The notes under the pieces are model-generated. The model did no database searches and was not told the origin of the DNA. It saw only the letters and a program-made list of their open reading frames with translations. A stretch of DNA of 64,000 bases from Iphione sp. A-MEVVRFRX5 (taxonomy: Eukaryota): contig OZ320315.1 in assembly GCA_976226885.1 (NCBI GenBank), positions 57,412,001 to 57,476,000 of the forward strand, written 5' to 3'. Position numbers and translations under genes: made by a program. Position 1 is the stretch's first letter. Each line of letters opens with the position of its first letter. This document shows, in pieces, positions 38,200 to 50,348 of the stretch.

Positions 38200-39300
38200 A
38201 TGGACATTGTGTTTGAATGGCATTATATAATCACCCGCTAGGGGGCGACGTTTTTGTTCAAACACATAGTGACTGCTCAAAATAGAAGAATTTATATTTT
38301 CAATGGTAATGTCTTGGGTAAAAAATTGTTGAAAATTATATTGTTTGCCATCAATAATGATGTACAGCCCATACGAAATGGCTTTATGACCCTGAATGAC
38401 GGCAGGTTTTGCTTGCTTCTTTAGATCATGATAATTGTCTTGAGCACAGACAGGGACATCTTCATTGATCCAAACATTCAAATTGTCCTTGTTCTTACTT
38501 AGATTGGACCTATTTAAAAAAAATATCTCTGTCAGGTGTTTCAATGAACTCGATGACATACATGATTTCATTCGTTTGTGACGGTGAGACGATTGTTCTA
38601 ATGCTGCTCACCATATTGATACTATATTTTGGTGCGATATATTTGAGATATCTACCTACTGCATCAACATCACTCTCATTTTTTTTAATTTTGATCAAGC
38701 CCTTTAGCACAACACTTTTATGCCTTCCTTTCATTTCATTGATCATTCATTCTGCCTTCAGACTCTCCACCTCTTTTTAAGAGTGGCATTGCAGGCCCAT
38801 AGCCAGGAACATTTTTCGGGGGTATCGGAAGATACCCTCAATACTACAGAGGTGGAACTAATTTTTTTCCTCTCAATAGAGGCAAATAGGCATTAGTGGT
38901 TTGGGGGGATATCAGACGATACCCCCGATACGCCCTTTGCTACGGGCCTGCATTGTCTGCCAAAAGTGAGTCAATGGTCATTTTTGAATTTTTTATTTCA
39001 CTTCGTAGCATGGTGAGATCATTGCATAGTGTGTTTTGCTGATTTCCCTCTTCTTTGATGGTTGAGCTAAAACAGTTTACAGTGCTTTGCATGCTATTAA
39101 TCCGATCCGTTAAGTTATTCAGTCCAATAAGAAATTTTTCGAGATGGGGCAGACCTTTCTGTACCATCGAGATTTGTCCCCTACACAACCTGTAAAAATC
39201 CAGTTCAACAGGCTGACGTGAATTCTGAACTCGAGACCAAAGAGACGTGCGATTAGGATTCACTCTCTCCTCGGCACCTCTACCAGCACGCCCACAACGC
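38200..39300 (-). pseudogene. LINE ORF1 remnant (coiled coil plus L1-type RRM/CTD)
   Basis: Heptad-rich LTDRINSMQSTV..LRSEIK, then VVLKGL.....ES, VIEF, VWINEDV and IIIDGKQY; interrupted by the MITE at 38792-38950. Confidence 0.7.
38792..38950. mobile_element. 159-bp MITE with 5-bp TSD (CATTG)
   Basis: TIR CAGGCCCATAGC / GCTACGGGCCTG; CATTG directly on both flanks (38787-38791 and 38951-38955). Confidence 0.75.
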
Positions 39301-39902
39301 ACTCAAGTAAGCCTTTTCCCCATGCTAGACTGGAATCAGTAAGGGTCCTCATAAAGCCCCGATAGCTATGGGCACCCTATAAGCAAACGTGGTTGGTAGC
39401 ATCACATTTTAGGGGAATCTTAATGTAGTGTGAGTAAGGACTAAATAATTCTGCTGCCATTGAGCGAATTACATTACAAAATTAAAATGCCTTCTAACTT
39501 TGGGTGGGATCCCTTTGGAGATGAGATTCCTGGAGTAGGGGACGTGGCGTAGGGATCGACGAGTGAGCAGACCTGGCTATGATTACATGACCAATGAAGA
39601 ACACCAACGCTAGTTTTCTCATGATTAGTTTACATATTGTCTACGGTTACACCCACAACATATTTCCTACATAAATGGGTGAATACATTGTATGTATGCA
39701 AGTGATCATAGTTGACCTCAGGTGCAGCTTTCTTGGACAAGACACAGCTTTTACTTAACCAAATCAGGGTATCCTCGCTTGGCAAACATCAATGCTGGTG
39801 ATATATGATTATTAACAATTTGTAGGGAGATGAATTTGTCCAAATAAACGTCAGGTAAGAGGAAACCATAGGCGGGTGAGGGGTTCCAAATCCAGATGTT
39901 AT

Positions 39903-40444
39903 GGCCAGTTTCCATACCTGCGTTTTTGTCTGTGTGTTTTGGGCCTTTTGGGGTTTGTTTGGGTCCATTTCTATTGAAAGAGTGACATCTATTGTAAGGT
40001 ACCAATCGTGTCCATGTTTGTTGGTGTCCATGGTTCATTTACGGTCCCTGACCGATAATTTAAGGCAACAGACACTAGTATACAGCTGATATCCTTTGTA
40101 GGAGGCAATGATTGATATGATTACAGAACCTTACAGCACTTTTTCATACTTTTTCCAGTGACATTCGACAGTTTTTAGACTTTTTTCCAGTGACATTTAC
40201 CAGTTCTTATAATTTTTCCCGGTGACATTCCCCAGTCTTTATACTTTTTTTCTAGTGACATTCACCAGTTTTCATGTCCTTTTTCTGCTGCTCTCATGCA
40301 GCTCTCACAGAGCTCTCACGCATCCTCAACGCAGACTCAATAGGCACCCCAATCCGTGAGGCTGTGTGAGAGCTAAATGCATGTTAAGGCACACAGAAGA
40401 CAAACGCAGGTGAACGCACCTAAATGCATCTAGGGGAACTGGCC
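39903..40444. mobile_element. Harbinger-like MITE related to family B, with ~30-bp tandem repeats
   Basis: GGCCAGTTTCCATACCTGC at 39903 vs reverse complement of GCATCTAGGGGAACTGGCC; TTTTCCAGTGACATT repeats at 40145-40275; no clear TSD. Confidence 0.45.
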
Positions 40445-42124
40445 CTCACTCACGAGTTGCTGGTGGTTACGCAGTCCGATCAAATGCGGATGTAACTAAT
40501 TGTCTAATGATTTGACAGCCACCGTGTTATGTTTGCTGCTTTCAAGGGGGATGTCCAATAACACGAGTAGCAAATGCCGTTGCTGAGACAACCAAGACTT
40601 GATTAATCAGGTGCTATTAACACCATGTGGCATGATAAATGTCCATGTACGCGTTGTTACCTCACATTTAAGTGCGAGTTCACGTCCCCTCTTTCAAGAC
40701 TTTTGGAAGCCATATGAAAGAACCAAGGCTAAGTCGAGATGCAGATCACAGCGTGGTGGATTCTAGCAGAATGAATCCTGAAGAGTTTATTCCAACCTTA
40801 TATACAACACAACCAGACATGAAGTCATATGCGATGTCATCGTGACATCACCGTTTCCGAAAATAATTAACGAGCTCACGTCTGAGGCTCCAGAGCATAC
40901 ATTATATACACAAAGGAGAAACAAACCAACTGATCCACATAATGGAGTCAGAGTTTGTAAGAGAAATAAACTGACTGATCCACATAATGGAGTCAGAGTT
41001 TATTTATGGAGTAGAATAATAATATATTAAGCAATTAAGACAGAACAACAGTTAATGTTAAATAAGGGAAACCCCTTTACACTTAATGATCAGTCCCAAC
41101 GCTCCAGGAGTCCCCCTCCCATCAGGAGTAGTTGTTCCACTGATAATTAAGTCACAACAAAGTGAAAATCGAGGTCTTGTACCAGTAATCAGCTGGGAAC
41201 CATAACAGAGCATTCCAGAATGCTCTTATCAAACTCCAAAACGTCACATTCCTCCCCCTCAAAAAAGCTTTTGAGGATAAAAAGCCAGCATGCATGTTAT
41301 GCCTTAAGCTAGGTTACCCGTTAGTAAAGTTAGTGGCATTAGTTAGCGTGGCATACCCTCCCACATTGTTCATCCCTTTTTGGTTCAGCCTGATTACTTA
41401 CTTCGACACCAACCTCTTTAAATCAAACATTATAACAAAACCCAAGCAATGTTTGTTTAAATTTGATGTAACTCTGTCAACACATAAGTAAGTATTGCTA
41501 TTACTCACAGTCATAAATATAACACATCAGACACTTTCACCTTGATCACAGGCAAAACAAAGTAAGATACATTCAACAAATCTGACAATAATACCAAGTT
41601 CATAAGCATTCTTCTCAGTTACAAAATACCTCAAGACAATGACATTTACAGATATGAGTCTCTCCCAGTATTTTACTAGAAATACTTCTAATGTTTAGGG
41701 GGTGGTGGAGAAGAAATACCAGTTGTCAGTAGCAGAGTCCATCTCTCAGTCACAGAGAAGACACCAACTACCCATTCTGCAAAGACATCTCTTACGATGG
41801 GTCGATGAATCTGGAACTGTAGCCCACTGAAGATGTGGAGATCTGCGAACAACCTTTAACAAAGGCCTGGGTACTCCTACCGCAAATCGCTGTTGAACTC
41901 CTTGTCCCGACACAATCCATCATTCGAAAATATGTAGCCTGACATCTCGCTGGTCATAGCTACTCCTCCTATACAACTATATGCCATAGACTTACCAGTC
42001 TACACCAAACAACCAGCCTTTGGATCCTCCTGAAAAATTCCCCTAAACTGTTTGGAACATAGTCTCCTTTCTGCTTCTTCACCATCCTTAATTATATTTA
42101 TCCTGTGGTGACTCTTTTTACTTA

Positions 42125-42464
42125 GGCCAAAAAAACAAATAGGTGTGTTTCTGGTAACGGCCACCCAAAAACCTAGGTAGGGAGGAAGGGTATCTTTTTT
42201 TTGAAATTTCTTTCCACTTTCTTCCTCTGGTTTTTGATAAAATTAAAGATAATATGAAGAATTTTGATTAATTTTGAGTTTTTACTGAATTTCCATGGAT
42301 TTTATTGTTTTTCTACAGAATTTACCAAAAATATGTGCTGTGAAAACATGTATCTAAGAAAATTCAGCCTTCGAAACTCTTTAGGGCCAAAAACTTTTTA
42401 GGTAGGGTGAGGTATGACTAGGTAGGGGGGGAGGGGGTTACCAGAAACACCTATTTTTATGGCC
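42125..42464. mobile_element. PIF/Harbinger-like MITE, family A copy 3
   Basis: TTA|GGCC...GGCC|TTA with the family TIR; 3-bp TTA TSD; inserted in a decayed minus-strand LINE-like sequence. Confidence 0.85.
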
Positions 42465-43439
42465 TTAATCCTAACAGCCTTGATAGGAGCGCTTGCTGCT
42501 ATTACTAGATTTCTCAAGTATCCCACCCAACACTCCTAGTTCTTGCACACCCCAGTAAAATAACATTAGCTTTTCTCTGAACTCATTTTTATTATAGCTT
42601 CTGTAACTCCTACTGTAACATGGACATATGGAAACTGGCCTACTTCTGTTGTCGGCAGGATCATCGCAGGATCATCGCAGGATCGCCCTTGCAAACAGCA
42701 TCCATGACATAACAGAAATTTCCATGGCTGACTACCGCCTTGTGATTGGTTCTAGTGAGATCATCCCATACTCCTAATTTGATCACAACTTCCTCATTGG
42801 CTAGGTGAATTCACCCCACCTCTCCATATATGGAGAGTGGGCTCCTATTGGTCCAGATATATTCTAAAGGATATTATATTGTATCAGTTCACGGAGTTTC
42901 AATGCTGATGGAACATGAAAAACTGTAACAGATGGTGAAATTATACTCTGATTGGCTGCTTTACTAAACAGAGGTTCTGATTGGTGGAATACCCCTGGCA
43001 GGGGATATATAAGGTTGTACCTTTTGAGGAATAAACAGGACGGTCCTCGGCTTGGAAGGGAGCAGACGTGCTTTGAGAGGTAGGTGTCTAGTGTTAGTGT
43101 GAGTGGAACCCTATCCCTACTTGTGCACAATGTATAGGCAGGGCCATTGGTCTGACCAGCCTGTAACCCAAACTGAGTGGTGCCAGTCCTGAGGAAAGGG
43201 TGGTGTCCCTAACTCATGAACATTTACGTTTGTAGCACGTATAGTCCAGCACACCGGCAGGCTGCCCACCTGCTGTAACCCTGGTACTGGGGGGGTGAGT
43301 GATCTGACACTGCGCTGACACCTGTCAATCATTGTCATGTCTCTCTTGGCCAAGTTGGAGCCCGCCCGCCGTCGTTTTCCCCCGGCCCGACATTAAATAT
43401 AGATCCGGGGGGGCCCTGAGGACAACCGTTTTGTTGTGT

Positions 43440-44070
43440 GCAGGCTTCAGAAAGTGATAAGAACCCAGCAATCCTCGACTCTATGAGTGACCACCAACTA
43501 CTTCAAGTCCAACTTCGGTTGGCAAGACTACGCGCAGCACACCGGTGGGAATCCCAGCCCACTGTAACCCTGGCGAGATGGGGTGAGTGCACGTGCACTT
43601 CAGTACACTGCACATGCTGTTGCATTCTAGCATTGGGCTGCCTAATCGGCGAGGCCCCGACGTCATCACTACATCAACCAGTAACCGTAACCATAACTGA
43701 GGAATAAACAGTCCTCACTCTGGCAAAGCAGGTGTTCACATCTCTGTATTACAACTATGTTTACAGTAGTATAGGCCCAGACTACTAAATTAGTTCAGGG
43801 AAGCCCAGTTACAGGAAGAGGCTAGGTTTACGATGGATAGGCTAACTGAACAGGAGGTAGTAGGAGCGATACAGAAAACAAATAAGGATAGAAGTTCTGG
43901 AGATAGAGTACATTAGAAGTGATGTATATTTGGATGCCCTGTATGCACCTTGAGGGAATTTGAGGACCTACTACAGCTGATATTTGACAAAAACAAAATT
44001 CCGAAAGCATGGAAGAGGGCATACGTGACACCCATCTATAAGGGTAGAATTAAGACATGTCCATGCTTTC
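43440..44070 (+). mobile_element. LINE ORF2 fragment (APE end to RT start)
   Basis: SDHQLLQVQL (APE C-terminus); EQEVVGAIQK; IPKAWKRAYVTPIYKG. Confidence 0.5.
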
Positions 44071-46453
44071 GGGTCTTTGAGGAGGAGGATATTTAGATTT
44101 TGATAAATTAAACATTGAATGAACGCTGAGGTTCTGAGGGAAATCTTGAGCCATAGCATGGCTCCCTAGAGCCATTACGAAGGATTCTACAGCCATTTGA
44201 AGTTTTGCTGGGACTTGCGGTAAAATTTTACCATGGGTGTAAACAACATCATTTTACTGCAAAATGACGTTGTTTGGTAATCGGTCCATTTCAGAAGCTG
44301 GGTGTAGGGGAGCAGAGCCCTGTTACACAACCAATTAGTCTATAGAGTGCCCTCTTCACTATGCAATGAAGATTTGGGCTCCTATCAGAGTAAGGAGAGG
44401 AGAAGCACAACTCTCAGTGAGACGGGGTGGATCTGCTAGGATCCTAGCTGACAGATGGTGCAGCGAATCATATGCAAGTGTGATTGTAGCAGGCGGGATG
44501 GGTGAACTGATAATCTTTGAGGCACTGAAACGAGTTGAGCTGTCTGGAAGCTACTGTGTGGATAATACTTGACTTGGTATAGGTGAGGTATCTGTGAGTC
44601 AAGAGGGGTATGGTTGCATAGAATGCAAGGTCATTCATGTGGTATGAGTGAAGTTCTAGGGTGGTGTCCTGCTGAGCTTAGTTGTGTAGTTTGCTGGGAT
44701 GATGCTGCTAAACAACCTATTTAATGGGGGCTGGATTGACTGAGCCCAGCCAGACTCAGGATAAGTTGAGTAGGTGAATGAGTATTAGCATGAGCGGCAT
44801 GTACAAGCAATGAAATCCACGATGGCCAAGGCCAAGGGGGTGTTGGATATGTGGAGCGGATATGATGTGCATTAGAATTGGGAGTGAGAATTGATTGACA
44901 GTCCAAAGTATGCTTGCAATCAGAGATTATGGAGGGCAATAAGTATGGTTACGACGTAGTGTGTGTTAAAAAAAGGCTTGAACACTAATGTGTGTTCTGG
45001 ATGGATGAAGGGGCAAGAGACTTTCATGCAGCTAGCGTCTGAAAATAGGATGGTATGTGTCACATTAGGGTTATATGGGGGACTCATTATGGCATGAGTT
45101 CTTACCCGAATGTCAGACAGCATCTTGACTGTATATCGGTGGCTGTCATGTGAAGGAAGGATACCCATGGGATGGGAATGTGTTGGAGTGATGTCATACC
45201 ATTGCCTAGGTGGAGTATCAATGATAGTCTGTCTGCTGACCTCCTAAGAGACGTGTGGCCAAGGACGATTACATAGCAGCATTATGCAGTTGACTTAACT
45301 TACTGGGGGGTTGGGCAATGACCCGAAGGGTGCCCTGGCCTCTGCTGGTGAGACAGGCCTTAATCTTGCTTGGACTTCTGTCCCGATGTAGTTGGGGGGG
45401 AGGGGGGGTTTCCTCAGTTGTCAGTGCCGGCAAAGGACAGGAGGCGGGTGTCATCTTGGATTGCTGGAGTCGACTAATGTGCTATGATGTATTCATGCCA
45501 TGCAAGGTAGGGGCTGTGTACCTCTTATGTACATGCCATTTAAACATGCATGATGAGAGTCATGCCCCGAGTTTCCCCAGAACACCTCCAAGAGGCTATC
45601 GCAGTGAGGGGTCCTCAGGTGTTTTTTGACATCAGCTTCTCACAGCTGTTGATGATCCCCTGCATCCTGTACATGAGGCTAGCAGACAGGTGTAGTCTGG
45701 GTGGATTTTTGACTATCTGGGGCACTCGGTAGGCCTGGAAGTTGGGGCTGGCAGCGAGCTGGTGATCGTGGTGACTGGGAGGCAGTAGAGTCTGTCGGCT
45801 GGATAGTGATGAGCCAAGGGTCGGATGTTGCTCGTGATGGTGGTGGAGATCTTGGTGGTCCTGCTTGGGTTAGGATTGGCTGGCTTGTGTTGGTGGAGGC
45901 ACTGGTGATGCTGCCATGGAGAGGGTGGCTATGCTGCAGGGGGTGGGCTTGACTCTGTTCTTGTCTTGGTCCTGTCATGTAGTCTTTGGTCTTGGTCTTG
46001 GTTGTGTCCTGTTGTATTCTTGGCTCTTGTCTCTGTCCTGTAGGATGAGTAGCTGCTATTGGTCTTGGCAGGATCTGAAAAAGAAAAGATAGAGAGGGGG
46101 AGGGGGATATGTAGCAGCCATGCAGGGCTGTGCTGCATGGCCGGCGTAACTTTAGAGAGTGGCCTGACAAGGCCGTATGGAGATGGCCCAGGTTGACCTG
46201 ACTCTCCGATGAGCCCTGAGGGGGCCTTTGGATATAGTGAGCCTGTAATGCCACTTTCAGATTTGGCCTTATAAGGCCATGTACGAATGGTGTCCCCATG
46301 GGTTGGTGGTGGGTGTCTGCAGCGTCTTGGTGGGCCTATGTGGCCCTTTTGTGCAGATGGGAGGTGAGTTGGCTGATCCAGTTGGGGGTTGTGCTGCTAT
46401 TGTGTGGTAGTCGACAGGGGTGGTAGGGTGGTAGTTGTCTCATCCCACTCGTC

Positions 46454-49400
46454 TTAGGTTGGCGTAGTACCTGGAAGTAGAAGATGAGTAGAGGGAGTAG
46501 AGGAAAAGAGAAGAGGGCTGAGTGTGGGAGCAGAAGTGCCCCTGCACAAACCATCTATGAGATTTTTGTTGAACTCATAGAAGTTGGCTAGGGTGTACAG
46601 GCTATTCAGGCCCTCTTCCTGGGCACAATTGATGATGTGTAGCTCCAGGTCAGGGGCCGAGTAGTGAGCAAGACTCTCATCACTGGCAAAGCATGCTATG
46701 CCAGCATGCTCGAGCTCACTACAGTTGGTGAGGACATGGGGAGTGAGAAGATAGAACCACATATGCAGGGTTGGTACTCTGGTATGTCCACCAGTCTCTG
46801 GTACCCCAGTCTCAGCCTGGTGATGATGGTCTGGAGATTGCATTTCATGTGCACCATGGGTGGGGGGGCGTGACTTCATGAGGTGTCTGTGCCACTCCCA
46901 GCTCCTCAATGGAGACACCTTATCTAGACTGGCCCTCCACTTCTCCAGTACTGTTCTCCCCAGAGAGGAAAGTGTTTGCTAGAGTGAGGGGTTTGTCAGC
47001 ATAAGGACTGCTGGCCAGAGTGAGGCAAGTTTGGCAGCCTTGTCTGCCTACTTGTTTCTGGCTATCCCGATATGGGAGGGAATCTAGTGCAAGACTGTAT
47101 TCCTGGCAAGGGATGCATGGAAGCTTAGCAGTTCCTATATGTGCCTGGCTAGCACATGGGTGGTGTCTGTCTCCTGTATGGCAAGGATAGCATTGTAGGA
47201 GTCTGAGTGGATCACCACTGGCTCTCTACTGTGCTTGTCTAGTGCAAGGATGATGGCTGCTAGCTCTGTTGCGAGACTAGACATGCCATCACTGACCATG
47301 GTGCCATAGGCAATCCAGTTGTACAGGTAACCATCTATGTAAGTGCAGGCTATGCCTGCCCTGCAAGTGCGGGTCTGAGCTGCCATCAGTGAAGATGTGT
47401 GTACCTCCGGGAAGAAGTTCCCTTAGTCTCTTTTATCTCTGCGAGACCAATGGTCCGGAGAACCATGGGGCTGATCTCCTCCTTCTTGTATGGGGAGAGA
47501 TTGGCCACTACGGTGACCGGGGTTCCATTCCCAGGGAGTCAGTTGGAGGGGTTTAGGAGTGGGGATGAGGCATCCCCCTATCTCCTTGGCCCTCTCCACT
47601 GCTGCCTTCAGAGCGAGAGGTTTCCCTGGCTCATGTGAGCCCTCCAGTTCTTTTCTGACCTGCCTGGCATACTCAAGTTTGCTGGCAGTTCTTACTAGGA
47701 AGCAGGAGAAGACCTGGAGGATCTGGTCCCTGATAGGAGGAAACCCTGCCTCGGATCACAGGATTTCAATGCCTGTGCAAGGTGGCATGCATTATATTTT
47801 GTGCAGTGTGCAGTTCTGTACCTTATTCAGCTTCAGCAACAGTGAGTTGTGGCTACTGTTCAACTTCTTCTTTGCTCAGTCGGTTCTGACTGTGCCAAGC
47901 AGAAGGCTGAGATAGGGGGCCATGTAATCGATTACGGAGAGCACCACTTATACATAGTACTGGCGGAGCATACTTACACTTGCATCCCATGAGAAGCCAG
48001 ACAAGATGCCCATGATTCTGAGCCTAGCTTTGAGTCGGTCAACAATGTGGTTGACCACTGGCTTGAGGGTCAGATCCTTGTCTACCATGATCCCTAGGTA
48101 CTTGTAGCTGGGGACCCATTCATGGATTCACTGCAACTACAAGTTCTTGACCTGGGTTGTTCTCATACATGTGCATAGCCTTGGTCTTAGGTTGAGAGAC
48201 TTTCAGTCCCCGACAATGACACTTGTTAAGGACCACTGCTAGGGCATGGTTGGCCACCCTATGTGCATTCAGTTTGTCCATGCAAATGAGTGCCACATCA
48301 TCAGCATATGAAAGAATGGCTGTGCCCTGAATATAGGTGTTGACCAGCTGCTCCATCACATTGTTGAAAAGTAGGGTACTGAGTACCCCACCCTGTGGCA
48401 CCCCATTGTGCAGGTCATGGTAGGAGGAGGTTTCTCCCTGGAAGGACACCCTGGCCTTTTGCTCCCTTAGGTAGTCTGTGATGTAGGCAAAAAGTTTGCC
48501 TTGCACCCCAGTACGCACCAGGGAGCTGAGGATGACAGTGTGGTCCACCAGCTTGAAAGCCTTCTCCAGGTCTAGGAAAAGGACAACACATTTGTGTCTG
48601 ATCTGTCTGACAGATAGCACCTCCTTGAGGAGGGCCGCAACACAATGCACCTTCAAACAGCCTTTTTCAAAGCCATAAATGTGCTCCTGGGTCTTGTAAC
48701 CAGCGAGCTCCTGAGAATGCCGTACCCAGTTTAGCATAATCTTTTCCAGGACTTTTCCCATTGTCTGAAGTAGGGTGATTGGGCATTGTCCTCCTTCGGC
48801 TTTGGGAATGGGCATGATGTTACCCAGTTTCCAAGCTGGCCGGACTTCTCCTTTCTGAAAAACATTGTTCAGTACCTTGCATGTCCCTGTTTCTAGAGTT
48901 TAGTTTTGCCAGTTGTACTTTTGGGATGCGATCAGATCCAGTGGCTGTGTTATGGGCTCCGTGAAGTGCTCTTGCAATCTCCATAGAGATGATTATGCCA
49001 TCAAGACCATCTGGGCTCGGGTGCTCTGTAGCCTCTATGATACTTTTCTCCTTTTTGGGTGTCAGGTTGGCTAGTGCTTTCCTGTGGCCCTCTGGGAGGT
49101 TATCTAGGCTTGTGCACTGAGTGAACAGCATGGCCAGTTCTTCTGCTTTCTTGGCAGGGTGAGGATGGAGGGGTTTTCTGGGGGACTGTCCCCCTATGAT
49201 TCGGATCTTGTCCCAAAGAACCTTGGTGGTGGTGCATGCATTGAACGACTCTCACTACTTCTGCCAGGATTTTCATTTTTCCTCTGCATAGATCTTGGCC
49301 CACTTCTGTTCCAGCCGAAGGGCAGCCAGCAATGAAGGGGAGTGGGTTTTTGCGGTAGAGACCACTGATGCGGTTGACAGTGGAGGTGGCTCATCATCTG

Positions 49401-50032
49401 CACTGAGAGGTGTTGTACTACCACTGCCTACTATTTGGCCACCTGGTCTCAGGGATATGCTTGTCCATGGCAGTCTAGATCATCCCAGCTAAAGTTTCAG
49501 GATCCAGCACCTCTCTACCATCCTGCCCAACAAGGCTTTCAAGACACTTGTTGACTTTCTCCCAGTTTGCTTTAAGGTGGTTAAGTCACCAAGGGTGAGT
49601 GGGTATGTGTACTTTGGGCATTCCAATGCTGATCTTCGATCTGAAGTGGTCTGAGAAGAGCTCCAGAGTGACCTCCCATTGAGCTTTGTTAGCCAGCTGG
49701 TTGTTAACCAGTGCCAGATGATCCCAACTGATGGGTCAGTGACCCATCATTTAGGATCACCAATGTAGTATCATCAGTGAGTTCCTCCAGGAATCATTTT
49801 CCGGCACGGGAGTCTGGATTGCTTTGCCCCAAGCTGAGTGCTTGAGGTTGAAGTCACCAGCGATGAGCCAGTGAGCTCCATCCTCATGAGCATCATTACT
49901 CAAACAGTCTGTGAGGCGAACTGAGTCAAGCAGTGATGATAAAGGTTGACTACTTCCAACTTGCAACCTTCTTGCAGTCGGAGAGTAACCTTCACCAACC
50001 CAGTTTTGGGGTTGGGCTTTGCTGTTACCTGG
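46454..50032 (-). mobile_element. RNase H-containing (I-group-like) LINE, 3' part, decayed
   Basis: APE LEVVNLY, LIAGDFNLKHSAWG and SDH; RT KVLEK, YGF, FLDLEKAF, GVPQGGVLS and SYADD (48120-48815); RNase H ELAAI..AL and VIHSDS (47135-47386); C-terminal C..ES..HY remnant (~46650). Confidence 0.85.
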
Positions 50033-50329
50033 TGTTGGAGCCACTGCGTGGCTGCGGCACCGCGGCACGCCAGAGGTGCTGCGGCACAGTGGATCAGTTG
50101 GCGGGGTGCAGCGGCATGCCCCCGTGCGGCACTCGAAGGGGTGCTGCGGAGTTTGAGGGGACAGTACCCGGATGCCAAGAGACTGGGGGTGGGTATATAA
50201 GGGAGTTGGCCCACCTGGGCAGTTCAGATTATCTCTGGTGCTCATGTTGAAGCTTACTATTTGTGCCTTACTGAATAAACCTCTTTACCTTAACTGGAGT
50301 CATGTCTTACTTGCGGAGCGGGCGTTACA
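50033..50329 (+). repeat. 5' LTR
   Basis: TGTTGGAG...GCGTTACA; TATATAA at 50194-50200; AATAAA at 50274-50279. Confidence 0.97.
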
Positions 50330-50330
50330 T

Positions 50331-50348
50331 TGGTGGCAGCGGTGGGAT
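50331..50348 (+). promoter_or_regulatory. Primer-binding site, tRNA-Leu
   Basis: TGGTGGCAGCGGTGGGAT, 1 nt after the LTR, is complementary to the metazoan tRNA-Leu 3' end ...AUCCCACCGCUGCCACCA. Confidence 0.9.

Noticed and set aside
42905-43340. LTR-like segment with TATATAA and AATAAA
   Set aside because: Suggestive of a solo LTR, but I could not define the right end, a TSD or a PBS.
44300-46300. Minus-strand gag/ORF1-like and RNase H-like (LFSDAS) fragments
   Set aside because: Too degenerate; motifs are not in a consistent frame or order, so no family could be supported.
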